This document shows, piece after piece, positions 9,109-18,965 of a stretch of 64,000 nt of DNA. The notes beneath the pieces were generated by a model that saw nothing but the letters and a program-made list of their open reading frames with translations, ran no database searches and was not told the DNA's origin. The stretch is from a virus. The translations under genes and the position numbers were made by a program. The DNA lies in IMG/VR virus record IMGVR_UViG_3300023174_004481, positions 8,542 to 72,541 of that record, one strand, 5' to 3'. The first letter of the stretch is position 1. Every line of letters starts with the position of its first letter.

Positions 9109-12100
9109 TTAATAAACGGTATATTATAATACGGTATTCTGACCGCAATATTATTTATGGTTGTCGCTAAATAACCTCTTGGTGTAGCTGGCAACGCTGC
9201 AGCTCCTCCAGCTGTGCCAACTGTCGTTCCAGTAATTCCAGTTATACTTATATCAGTTATATTTGTTTTGCCAGAAATATATAAACCACTTGTAGGTGAA
9301 GCAAGTATTCTTGCGTAAATTTTACCAGCAGGATTATTTGCTGGTAGCACTGGGTAATTATGATAAACCCCACTCCTTTTGTAAAAAAGTATACTAATAT
9401 CATCTATTCCTATTAATCCACTATTCATTTCTAAAACTCCACTACTTATTTCAATATTAGGATCTGATTGGGTCCCGTTATCATAATATCCACCACTTGC
9501 ATAATTATTATACTTAAATATAAAACTCTTAAAACCTTTATTAAAATTAAAATTATTTTGACCATAGTCATCTTGCATAGTAAATCTATATGCATTTAAT
9601 TGAGAATAAAGATTCGTCGACACCGATCCCATTGATATATTAGATCCTCCATATAGTACTATATTAGATGCACTTAATTGCATATCTGATCTAATAAGCT
9701 CTAAATTACCTCGAGTACCACCCGCACTAGTAGGATAAGAAGAGTTAGTTATATACCAATTTCCTGTATTATAAATATCTCTTCTTAAACATCCACTAAG
9801 ATCGCTTGCGCTAACTGTATTATCTAGATCATTTTGCAATGCAGTAGCCGAATCACTATAACTTCCTAAAAACATTAAATTATTAAACACATTTCTATTA
9901 TCACTAGAGTTATTCCATTTATATACTTGAGAAATGCCATTTGGAAGAGATCCATAATTTACTGCTATTGATGCCGTGCCAAGTCCAGTTTTATATACTC
10001 CAGTTTCCTCAAATCTTTGCGTATATCTATTTATTAAATTTTCTTCAAAATTCGAAGCAAATCTAAAAGCAGCCCATCCACTTTTGACAACAGCACCTGG
10101 AGTTTTTGAATTAATAACTGGTACACTAGTTGAAAAACTACCATTTGAAGTTGAATTAGCTTTTCTTACTTGTATACCATTATTATATAAATCAAGTATT
10201 ACATCATAATTTGATTGTTTTGTAGCTTTAGTTAAATATGAATTTATACTTGCTGTAGTTAAAAGTCCAGTTTTTGATTCTTGGTCTGTGAAAAATACAT
10301 AGCCATTTCCTACATCTTGAGGTGTTTGCGCTGAGATATAAATATTATTACTAGCAGTAATATTGAGCACAGAGTTTGTGAAATTCATTCTAGGAACAAT
10401 TGGGTTATTGTAAAAATATCCTTGTACATATCCATTAACTTGAGTATATGGCGCAGAAGATACTGATGCTTGAGAAGTGTATTTAACGCCAGTTCTTTCT
10501 TTTGCATCTATGGCTAACCAAAATCCACTCATAGTATAATCTTTTAATATTAAAGCCATTTCATCTGAATTAATTCCAGTGAACGCTGACAAACTATCAA
10601 TATCATCTATATTTAAATTATATTGTCTTATAGTATTTTGCTGGGCAACAGCAGAACTAAATGTTCCAGTCCCAAAAGTTAATCTATAAGTTAAATCTAA
10701 ATTGTTAAAATCTTTTACAGTTGGAGCTAAATTTTGTAAACTCCAATTGAAATTGAAATTTGATCCAGCAAAAAGATTTGCGGCATTTAAAATAACACTA
10801 GATGGACTACCTCCATTATTATAATTAAAATTATTAAATACTAGTATGTTAGTTAAATCTTTTAAAGTTTCAGATACATATAGAAAATTTCCAGCTGTAT
10901 AAGATCTAGAATAATAACCATCTGTACTTAAACCATAAATTCTAAAATAATAACGTGTATTATTTTGACTTGGAATAAATCGTCCTGTAATTGGATTTAC
11001 TGTAGTAGCTAAATTTGCAGTCTCAATTAAAAATGATTGGTTTGGCACAAGAACACTAACACCTTTCAAATTAACTAGCTGTCTACCAAGATCTGCACTC
11101 GTAAAATCACTTCCAGCTTTCGCGTAAACTTTCCAAAAGCTTGTATCAAAATTAATTGTAGAAACTGGCACACCAATTGTATATTGTAAGTATAAATCGG
11201 TAATCAATTGAAAAGCCAATGAACTTGGATAACTTGCTTCTAATTGACTTGTTCCTTGTTCTAGTGGCGGAGCATCTGTTAAACTAATTCCAGATTCTAC
11301 AAATAAGTATTTACTTGGGTTATGTTCAATTGCATTTATATTATATTTATTTCCTTCCAATTCAGTTAATCCAATGACTCTGTAAAGTTCAGTTTCTAAA
11401 TCTTGATTGTTAGTTGCATTTACTGCTACATTTATTGTCCATATAGCTCCAGTTTGTAAAATATAATTTGTTGAATCAAATACTTTATTCGTATTTAATT
11501 TAACTAAAGTTTTTTCTGGATCATAACCTACGGCTCCGACCATATTGCTTAGATTAAATGTTCCAGATTGTATTTCTGGTCTTTGATAACTTGAAACAAA
11601 ATCTGAATAATTTGTTCCAGCAACTCTATAAGTTGGGGTTAAAATTTCAAAATTAAATTGATTAGCGCCCCTAGATGATATATATGAATTTATTTTATTA
11701 TATTCGCCATCTAATATAAAACTATGAGTTCCATTTTCAAGAGATATACCCAACACTCTTCCACCCAATCTATTTAAAACTCTGTTTGAATCTTGAATTT
11801 TTATTAAATCTCCAGGTTTTAAATACAGAGCGTCTAATCCTGCGGTAAAATCAACAGTTTCTGTTTCTAATTGTTCGCTAGCTAAAGCCCATCTTCCAAG
11901 TCTATAAGCTTGACCTCGACTAGTACAACCAAAAGCTGTAAGTTCTAATTTTCTAATTCCATATTTTCTAACTGCATCTGGATCTTCTACATATTCAACT
12001 ACTGGTTTAGCAAAATTAGTCATATCATTATATCTTACTACCGCAATACTATTTCTTACCTTTTTGCTACTACTAGAATAGTTAAAGTCTCCATTTTCTA

Positions 12101-13937
12101 CATTAGCATTAGTAAATAAAACAAATGGATCTTGAGGTATATCAGCAATTGCATAAATTGATCCATTCGCATAGTAAGACATTCCTCTAAATATACTAGC
12201 AAAATCATTTAATAAATTAAAAGCATCAGAAAAATCATTTATAATTGCATTACAAGTAAATCTTGGTTCTACACCACCATAACCATCAGAAACTAAAGTA
12301 TCGCAATATCTTGAAATTTTATATAAATTCCATTTATCTACATTATAACTTTCTATGTATTTACCTAATCCATATCTAGTGTTTGTTAAAAGATCATAAT
12401 AACACCATACAGGATTATCTGTCCATTTTAATTCAGCACTAAAAGTACCATCCCAATCTCCAGTATAAGTTTTTTTAATTGTATCATAATTAGATGGCAC
12501 TTTGACTTTTAATAAATTAACATCATATGATCTACTTGGTACATCTTGAAAATAATCAGTAGTAAATAAATTTTTAAAAATAGCAACTTTTGGATATATA
12601 TATTGTTCAGAAAAAACTTCAGTTATAGCATGCACGCTACACGAATCTCTCAAATTTAATACTGTACTATCTTGTTTAGTTCTTTCAATTTGAACTCTCC
12701 ACCCAAGATGACTTTTCTCATCTGCTTTAAAATAAGGACTTAAATCAAAAGTAAAAGTATCTATAAATCCACTACTTATTTTACCTTTTGATTGTTTATT
12801 TTCGCTTATAACAATAGATGGACCACTTGTAGTTAATTTAATTATTTTTATATTGTATGTTATATCTCGATCTCTTATGTCTCCTAAAGTTTGCGAAATT
12901 TTGACTGTTTGTCCACAACCTAAATTAAAATCTTGTCGATCAATATTTGGATCATTTTGTTGATCAAATAAATTATCAATTTTTATTGCAACTATAAAAT
13001 TACTAACATCTGTACTTTTGAAATCATAAGATTTTTTAAATCCTGGTCCATATTTTAAAATATCTCCTATAGATAATGTTCTAGTTGCATTAGATAAAGA
13101 TTTATTTCCTTGTAAATTACTCTGTAAAGAGCTTGGCGCTATTTGATTTCCATAATCATATCTAAAATTTATAGAAGAATAATTATATTGACCATTTTCA
13201 TCTACTACTGGAACATTTCTCCAAAAAACAGATTGTAAATATCCACCTATATAAGGAGTAAAATTAGCAGAATCCCAGCCAATATTTCCAACTCTACCTG
13301 CATAATTATATTTTCCACTCACCAAACCTTCTATAGGTCCTTCACAAATTAAATCTGTTACTTCTGTTTCGGTTCTTGATATCGCTCTTGAAATACCAGG
13401 TTTATCTTTAATACCTTCTGTTTCTTCTTTTGGAGTATGCGGATCTGGAGGAGGGCTTGGATAACATGGTGGTGGTCCTCCTTTATTATGTACAAAAATA
13501 TCTTCTGCAATATAAGTATGATATTTCTCTACTGTAAAATTATAAACAGTATATTCTTTATCAATAATTTCTATTTTATCAATTTTTAATTTTTCGTTAA
13601 ATCTACTTATGATTAAATCAGTTTGAATAAAATTTTTAATTTCAATAAATTCATTATTTTGATTTAAAAATGGATGATTTGGAGTAGTCCGAATTTTCTT
13701 ATCTTTGAAAAATATATCTATAACTTTTTCATTTTCATGTATAAATGTATTTTCAACTTTACTAATTTTTATAGATAAGTCTTTATCGAAACAAAATACT
13801 AAATCTCCAATTTTAATATCTTCAATATTTTTATATCCAAAAGGAGTATATATTTTTGTTCCAGCTACAAAACATCCTGCTCCTCTAATAATTTTAGGAT
13901 ATATTTTTTTTCTATTATTTTGCTCTAATTTTTCCAT
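9105..13937 (-). CDS. Tail tip / central fibre protein J-like, with an N-terminal Hint domain
   Basis: HTPKE, DLICEGPIEGL, YTGDWDGTF..WTDNPVWCYYDLLTN.RYGLG, YCDTLVSDGYGGVEPRFTCN, AFGCTSRGQAYRLGRW are hallmark lambda gpJ motifs. Confidence 0.95.
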   Translation of the reverse strand: MEKLEQNNRKKIYPKIIRGAGCFVAGTKIYTPFGYKNIEDIKIGDLVFCFDKDLSIKISKVENTFIHENEKVIDIFFKDKKIRTTPNHPFLNQNNEFIEIKNFIQTDLIISRFNEKLKIDKIEIIDKEYTVYNFTVEKYHTYIAEDIFVHNKGGPPPCYPSPPPDPHTPKEETEGIKDKPGISRAISRTETEVTDLICEGPIEGLVSGKYNYAGRVGNIGWDSANFTPYIGGYLQSVFWRNVPVVDENGQYNYSSINFRYDYGNQIAPSSLQSNLQGNKSLSNATRTLSIGDILKYGPGFKKSYDFKSTDVSNFIVAIKIDNLFDQQNDPNIDRQDFNLGCGQTVKISQTLGDIRDRDITYNIKIIKLTTSGPSIVISENKQSKGKISSGFIDTFTFDLSPYFKADEKSHLGWRVQIERTKQDSTVLNLRDSCSVHAITEVFSEQYIYPKVAIFKNLFTTDYFQDVPSRSYDVNLLKVKVPSNYDTIKKTYTGDWDGTFSAELKWTDNPVWCYYDLLTNTRYGLGKYIESYNVDKWNLYKISRYCDTLVSDGYGGVEPRFTCNAIINDFSDAFNLLNDFASIFRGMSYYANGSIYAIADIPQDPFVLFTNANVENGDFNYSSSSKKVRNSIAVVRYNDMTNFAKPVVEYVEDPDAVRKYGIRKLELTAFGCTSRGQAYRLGRWALASEQLETETVDFTAGLDALYLKPGDLIKIQDSNRVLNRLGGRVLGISLENGTHSFILDGEYNKINSYISSRGANQFNFEILTPTYRVAGTNYSDFVSSYQRPEIQSGTFNLSNMVGAVGYDPEKTLVKLNTNKVFDSTNYILQTGAIWTINVAVNATNNQDLETELYRVIGLTELEGNKYNINAIEHNPSKYLFVESGISLTDAPPLEQGTSQLEASYPSSLAFQLITDLYLQYTIGVPVSTINFDTSFWKVYAKAGSDFTSADLGRQLVNLKGVSVLVPNQSFLIETANLATTVNPITGRFIPSQNNTRYYFRIYGLSTDGYYSRSYTAGNFLYVSETLKDLTNILVFNNFNYNNGGSPSSVILNAANLFAGSNFNFNWSLQNLAPTVKDFNNLDLTYRLTFGTGTFSSAVAQQNTIRQYNLNIDDIDSLSAFTGINSDEMALILKDYTMSGFWLAIDAKERTGVKYTSQASVSSAPYTQVNGYVQGYFYNNPIVPRMNFTNSVLNITASNNIYISAQTPQDVGNGYVFFTDQESKTGLLTTASINSYLTKATKQSNYDVILDLYNNGIQVRKANSTSNGSFSTSVPVINSKTPGAVVKSGWAAFRFASNFEENLINRYTQRFEETGVYKTGLGTASIAVNYGSLPNGISQVYKWNNSSDNRNVFNNLMFLGSYSDSATALQNDLDNTVSASDLSGCLRRDIYNTGNWYITNSSYPTSAGGTRGNLELIRSDMQLSASNIVLYGGSNISMGSVSTNLYSQLNAYRFTMQDDYGQNNFNFNKGFKSFIFKYNNYASGGYYDNGTQSDPNIEISSGVLEMNSGLIGIDDISILFYKRSGVYHNYPVLPANNPAGKIYARILASPTSGLYISGKTNITDISITGITGTTVGTAGGAAALPATPRGYLATTINNIAVRIPYYNIPFIN
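13485..13874 (-). other. Hint (intein-like/BIL-type) domain of 130 aa, no homing endonuclease
   Basis: CFVAGTKI...IEDIKIGD (block A), TTPNHPF (block B), VYNFTVEKYHTYIA..IFVHN (blocks F/G); the following residue is Lys. Confidence 0.93.
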
Positions 13938-13939
13938 AG

Positions 13940-14650
13940 TTAAGTCGTTCTAGTTGTAGTATTAGAGGCATTTTCTATATATGAAGTTGCATAAGTTGCA
14001 CTTATTGTCTTTGATCCAATTAAAAGTCTGCCATACCCTATTGGAATTGGTCCGCCTTCTCCAGCTGTATTTGTTGGCCCATCAAAAAGATAAGATTTTC
14101 CACCTCCACTTTTACTTCCAGCAACATTTGGAGCATTAAATTCTGGAGCTACAAATGGAGGAGGCGAAGATAATAAAGCTAAAAATCCAACTGCAGCTAA
14201 ACCTATTCCAGCTACTACTAAAGATGCCGCTAATAAACCGAATACTCCAGCTGAAGCAGCAATACCAACTCCAGTAAAAATCAAAGCTATTCCTAAAATT
14301 ACTGGAATAATTTGGAAAAATCCACCACCACCACCAGATCCCTCTAAAATAGGTATAATATCTATAGATTCTAAAACTTGCTCTTCAAAAGAAGTTAATA
14401 AATTTGAATTGATTACTTTATCAAAATCATTTTTAATCTCTTCTTCTGGTTTAAAAACTTTAAAATCTTTTTTGTTTATTAATATTCTATATTTAATATT
14501 TTGTTTATCTAATTCGTAAAGATTTTTATATAGAATTCCAGTATTCGCTTCGATAGCTCGAATAGCTTCACTTACGCTATTAATTGCTAAATTCCAATTT
14601 GCTTTATTTAATTTTTCTGCTAAAATTCCATGTAATTCTACTTTTACCAT
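13940..14650 (-). CDS. Tail assembly protein I-like (ubiquitin-like N-domain)
   Basis: V.LHG.LA, SVSEAIRAI, IIPILEGSGG, hydrophobic segment, SYLFDGPTNT..EGGPIPIGYGRLLIGS..IS. Confidence 0.9.
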   Translation of the reverse strand: MVKVELHGILAEKLNKANWNLAINSVSEAIRAIEANTGILYKNLYELDKQNIKYRILINKKDFKVFKPEEEIKNDFDKVINSNLLTSFEEQVLESIDIIPILEGSGGGGGFFQIIPVILGIALIFTGVGIAASAGVFGLLAASLVVAGIGLAAVGFLALLSSPPPFVAPEFNAPNVAGSKSGGGKSYLFDGPTNTAGEGGPIPIGYGRLLIGSKTISATYATSYIENASNTTTRTT

Positions 14651-14652
14651 AA

Positions 14653-15738
14653 TTATAATTCCTTATTTGTTGCTGGGAATCCACCAAATGGAAGATTAGT
14701 TGCATATCTTTTTCTGCAACCTCTTAATTTTTTAGAGCATTGATCCGCAATCCAATAATTTGTATCATAAGGAGATTTTGTATTTGAAGAAATTTTAGAA
14801 ACAAAATAATTTTTAATTTCATTTGCAATAATAAAAACATATTCACCTTTATTATATGAAGTATTTTTATTCCATTCTCCCCTATTAGTTAAAGATCCCA
14901 AACCAATTAAATTAGTAATTAACTCATCTTTTTCATTTGCAATTGGCTTTCCTTGATTTAATCTTGTTGAATAAGGATTATTAGTTTCAGAATATTCACA
15001 ACCTTCTCCTCTATAATCAAAAGAGCAAGAAGTACTATATAAAGTCCTCAATGGAAGTCTGATATTTTCTAAATCTAAAATTGAACTTAATTCATACTCT
15101 AAAACATTTTTATTTTCTTTTAATTTTCTATCAATATAATAAATATCTGCAGCTAACTCAGCATTATTATCTGGATCAATTTGGAAATCATCATCATTAA
15201 TTATACCACCATTACTTTTAAAATTAACTGCATCTAAATATTTTAAAAAAGTTCTTCTTCTTAAGATTTTTAAACCAATGATATCTCCTATGTTTCTTAT
15301 TTGACTTTTAATTTGAGTAAAAAAAGTATTGTAATATGCATTTTGCGCACGGTTTGAAAAAGTCATTTTTGGTTTTGGTAATGTTCCTCTACTTACAGTT
15401 TCAAAACCTTCTATTATTATTGGAAACGGTATATATCTTTTACCCTTCCAAATTAATTGTCCAAATAAATCTGGAGAAGTAAGATTAACACTTGTATTTT
15501 CCATCATGATATTTACATTATGAAATCTTAAAACTCCAGGAGTATCAACCGAACTACCACCATAAGGAGGTGGTATACTGCCAGCAAAACTTATTTCCGC
15601 TAAACTTGTATTATTTCTATCTAAACCAAATTTACTAAAATCTAATTCATAGAAGCTAATAAGTAAAGAAGGCGCAAATTTTGAAGATTCTGAAAATATT
15701 TTCTTTGATCCAGCGGAGACTGATTGATTTACGCTCAT
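14653..15738 (-). CDS. Minor tail protein L-like (4-Cys Fe-S type)
   Basis: W.G..Y.PFPI..EGFE, RRRTFLKYLDAVNF, YYIDRK, YELSS.LD, C..YRGEGC...CSK...GC..R...PFGGFP. Confidence 0.93.
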   Translation of the reverse strand: MSVNQSVSAGSKKIFSESSKFAPSLLISFYELDFSKFGLDRNNTSLAEISFAGSIPPPYGGSSVDTPGVLRFHNVNIMMENTSVNLTSPDLFGQLIWKGKRYIPFPIIIEGFETVSRGTLPKPKMTFSNRAQNAYYNTFFTQIKSQIRNIGDIIGLKILRRRTFLKYLDAVNFKSNGGIINDDDFQIDPDNNAELAADIYYIDRKLKENKNVLEYELSSILDLENIRLPLRTLYSTSCSFDYRGEGCEYSETNNPYSTRLNQGKPIANEKDELITNLIGLGSLTNRGEWNKNTSYNKGEYVFIIANEIKNYFVSKISSNTKSPYDTNYWIADQCSKKLRGCRKRYATNLPFGGFPATNKEL

Positions 15739-16277
15739 AGATTTGCGGTTTCAACAAATGTAGTATTTACTGTATAGTTGTTGAAAAAATTATAATTTAA
15801 CGTCCACTCTTCACACACAAATCTTTTAGGATAAGTTTGCGAACTATCAAAATTATATGGAAATGGTGGATCAAAAAAGAAACCTTCAGCAGATCTTCTT
15901 TTATGCAAAAAATGAGCAATTGCTTTTGTTTCGTTTTTGTCTCTTCCTTCAAATGTTAAACTGAATCTTAAAGAATTATTATTTATTCCATCTGCAACTC
16001 TTTGTTCGTATCCATCTCCAAATTTAATAACACTAACTGTTGGCTTTAATTTTAGATCTGAATTATTATAACTAGCTTTCCAACAAAAATCTGGTTTAGT
16101 TAAAGTTCCATACGTTTTATAACCTCCCCAAAAAGCAGATGATGAGCTTGGGGTATTATTTCTATTGTTATCTACTAAACTATAATAATATATTGAATTG
16201 TATAAAACTATATAATTTTTATAATAAGTGCTACTAGCACTATATTGAGGCACATTATATAATGATGAATCAGCCAT
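15735..16277 (-). CDS. Minor tail protein M-like with an N-terminal CBM5/12-like module
   Basis: P.V...KFGDGYEQR..DGINN, F.FDPP, FVCEEW, TFVE. Confidence 0.9.
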   Translation of the reverse strand: MADSSLYNVPQYSASSTYYKNYIVLYNSIYYYSLVDNNRNNTPSSSSAFWGGYKTYGTLTKPDFCWKASYNNSDLKLKPTVSVIKFGDGYEQRVADGINNNSLRFSLTFEGRDKNETKAIAHFLHKRRSAEGFFFDPPFPYNFDSSQTYPKRFVCEEWTLNYNFFNNYTVNTTFVETANL

Positions 16278-16307
16278 ATTAATCCTTTTACCTTGTGGTA
16301 TTAATTA

Positions 16308-16332
16308 TTACACTTAGTTATGCAAGGTGTAA
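16308..16332. promoter_or_regulatory. Divergent pair of GTGTAA late-promoter motifs
   Basis: TTACAC 16308-16313 faces gene M; GTGTAA 16327-16332 lies 9 nt before ATG 16342. Confidence 0.75.
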
Positions 16333-16341
16333 TTAATTATA

Positions 16342-18114
16342 ATGCTATCCAGAACAGTAAGACAAGATCAAAAAGTATATATAAACAATAATGAAATTGT
16401 TGGCATTCAAGAATTTAATGCTGATTATAATACCCCAATAGAAATCGTCAAAAGTTTAGGAATGGAAGCAGTATCTTACTATAACAATAATAATATATTA
16501 GCTGAAATTTCAATTAATAAGTTATTGATAGATAATGATCCTTTTATTAACTTTGTTGATTATGATCAAGTATTTGGTGGTCACGTTGAATATAAAGACA
16601 AATATTTTGCATTTAATTCTGGTATATTGAATAATTATAGACTTAACTGTTCTGTAAATGAAATTCCAAGATTAAGCGTAACTTTGAATGCTTTAGGAGA
16701 TTTTGGCAGTGGAGTAAATAAACCAAATAAAGATTCATTAATAAAACCACACATTGATATAACTGACTACGCTGATATAGAGATAGACTTGGATGATTTT
16801 AAATTTAATAGACTACAAGCAATTGATATAAATATAAATTCTGAAAAAAATATAATCTACGCTCTAGGAAGCTCTTATCCAAAAGAAATAAAAATTATTC
16901 CTCCAATTGTAGTCGATTTACAATTTACAGTCAAAGCAGATGATTATAATTTTAAGAATACAAGAGATTTAATATGCAAATACAAAGTAGATTCATTTAG
17001 TATAAAATTTAATAAATTCAAAGATCCTTCTAGTGAGTTATTTAATTTTACTTTCAATCAAGCTATATTCATGGGAGAAACATTTCAAGGCTCGGTAGAT
17101 TCATCTGCAAATATTATAATAAAATATCAAGGTTTAATTTATAACGAAAGAACAATGACTCATCCTCCTGCAATGGGTGGAGCACAAGGCGCGCCACCTC
17201 TTGTTATACCAATTGTAAGACCTCCAGTTCCATTAACAACAACTCCGCCCCCGCCTCCAGCTTTACCTAATCAAGGTTTTGATGGAGCGACTGTACCACC
17301 TCCGCCTTCATCACCTCCTACTACTACGACTACTACTACGACTACTACGACCACTACGACCACTACAACTACCACGACAACAATTGGACCAGTTGGTTGT
17401 ACTACTGCTTATGTTGGATTTGGTGGAAGTACTGGATCTGGAAGAGAAAAACATGAAATTTTATCTTTTTCTTTTTCTAACGCTTTTCATACAATTACAA
17501 ATATTAGTTCATCTGATGTAAATTTTGTAGGAGGTGCACGTTATTCAAATTCTTTTATTTTAACTGAAGATGAATATGATTCTGCTGGAAATTTTTATTT
17601 AAAAAATCCATTACGTTTTAAATTAACAAAAGATGCGAATGTTTTACCATTTTCTGTATTTTTTACGATGAAAATGACTGTTGGACCTAATCCTGGAATT
17701 GGAAGAGCAGATGGTATAACTTTTATAATTCAAAGTCAATCTGTATCAGCAGGTGGTACTGGAGGAGGAATTGGATATATGGGAATCACACAAAGTATTG
17801 GAGTAGCTTTTGATACTTTTAACAATGGTAGCATGGATAACAATCAAAACAATAACATTGAATTTGATATTAATGGGAATGTGACATCAAGCATTAGTCA
17901 AGTTAATTTAAACTCAAATGTAATGGATTTAGCAGATGGACAAATAAAATATGTTTGGATAGATTATTCTGGAGGCGATAATTTAGGTATATTAAGTGTT
18001 TACATAAGTAATTCATCAAGTAAACCAGCTTCACCTTCTCTTATGATACAATCACAAAGTTTAGAATCTCCATTTCCTTGCTTAACCACCACTACAACTA
18101 CTACTCCTTTGTAG
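16342..18114 (+). CDS. Tail-tube-fold protein fused via a Pro/Thr stalk to a circularly permuted L-type lectin
   Basis: N-terminal tube-like repeats (GIQEFNADY..LG; RLQAIDIN..IYALG..P..PPIVVDLQF); poly-Thr; lectin motifs ADGITF, GGGIGY, VAFDTFNN, YVWIDY, VGFGGSTG. Confidence 0.7.
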   Translation: MLSRTVRQDQKVYINNNEIVGIQEFNADYNTPIEIVKSLGMEAVSYYNNNNILAEISINKLLIDNDPFINFVDYDQVFGGHVEYKDKYFAFNSGILNNYRLNCSVNEIPRLSVTLNALGDFGSGVNKPNKDSLIKPHIDITDYADIEIDLDDFKFNRLQAIDININSEKNIIYALGSSYPKEIKIIPPIVVDLQFTVKADDYNFKNTRDLICKYKVDSFSIKFNKFKDPSSELFNFTFNQAIFMGETFQGSVDSSANIIIKYQGLIYNERTMTHPPAMGGAQGAPPLVIPIVRPPVPLTTTPPPPPALPNQGFDGATVPPPPSSPPTTTTTTTTTTTTTTTTTTTTTIGPVGCTTAYVGFGGSTGSGREKHEILSFSFSNAFHTITNISSSDVNFVGGARYSNSFILTEDEYDSAGNFYLKNPLRFKLTKDANVLPFSVFFTMKMTVGPNPGIGRADGITFIIQSQSVSAGGTGGGIGYMGITQSIGVAFDTFNNGSMDNNQNNNIEFDINGNVTSSISQVNLNSNVMDLADGQIKYVWIDYSGGDNLGILSVYISNSSSKPASPSLMIQSQSLESPFPCLTTTTTTTPL

Positions 18115-18121
18115 CAAACTA

Positions 18122-18958
18122 TTATTTATTAGATAATTTTTTAATTTCTTGTTCTAATGAAGCAAGTTTATTATCTATTTTAAAGAAAATATCTTCTAGC
18201 ATTTTTGCTGCAACCTCATCTTCAATATCTGGATATGGTAAATTTAAATATGGAAGCTTGTTGTTTATTATATAAAAAAATTCTTTGTGTTTTTTAATTT
18301 GCGATAAATCGCTTGTTGTTTTTAATAAATATTTATTAGTTATAATAGTTCCACTTTTAAGATCATTTGGTAAATCATTTAACAATGTAATTACTATAAA
18401 GTTATCTCCATGAACTATATTTTTTATTAAATTTGATTGAAAATTTTTGTTACTAACTTTTCTATAAAAATAATCTATTAAAATTTTTGAACCATCATCA
18501 CTTATAAAATATAAATTTTCTTCTGGAATATCTGGATATCCGCCTTTTTGTAATACCTCTAGATCTATTGATCCGTCTTCATTGATTTCTGATACCTCAA
18601 GAATTGTATCTTTATCTTCAAGATTAAGTCTCTTTTCTAAAAGAAATTTTTGCCCTCTGAAAAAATTACCACTTTTTTCTATTACTTTAGAATACCCAAA
18701 AAATTCATATTCATCATAATATATATCAACATAATCATTCTCAATAAAATCTAAAGTATTTTCAAAAATATGTATCTTATTTTGTCCCTCTAGGCTTTTG
18801 AATTTTTTTTCTATTTTATAATTATCAAAATCGTCAATTCTTGCAGATGAAAAATCTGTATCAAATACTATAAACATACCTTTTCTAATAGGTATACTAG
18901 ACATTGACCCATGAATCAATATTCCATCTTTAATTACTGAAGCTGTATATCTTTCCAT
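18122..18958 (-). CDS. Hypothetical protein, acidic, with C-terminal coiled coil
   Basis: Long ORF in the tail module. Confidence 0.6.
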   Translation of the reverse strand: MERYTASVIKDGILIHGSMSSIPIRKGMFIVFDTDFSSARIDDFDNYKIEKKFKSLEGQNKIHIFENTLDFIENDYVDIYYDEYEFFGYSKVIEKSGNFFRGQKFLLEKRLNLEDKDTILEVSEINEDGSIDLEVLQKGGYPDIPEENLYFISDDGSKILIDYFYRKVSNKNFQSNLIKNIVHGDNFIVITLLNDLPNDLKSGTIITNKYLLKTTSDLSQIKKHKEFFYIINNKLPYLNLPYPDIEDEVAAKMLEDIFFKIDNKLASLEQEIKKLSNK

Positions 18959-18965
18959 TTATATA

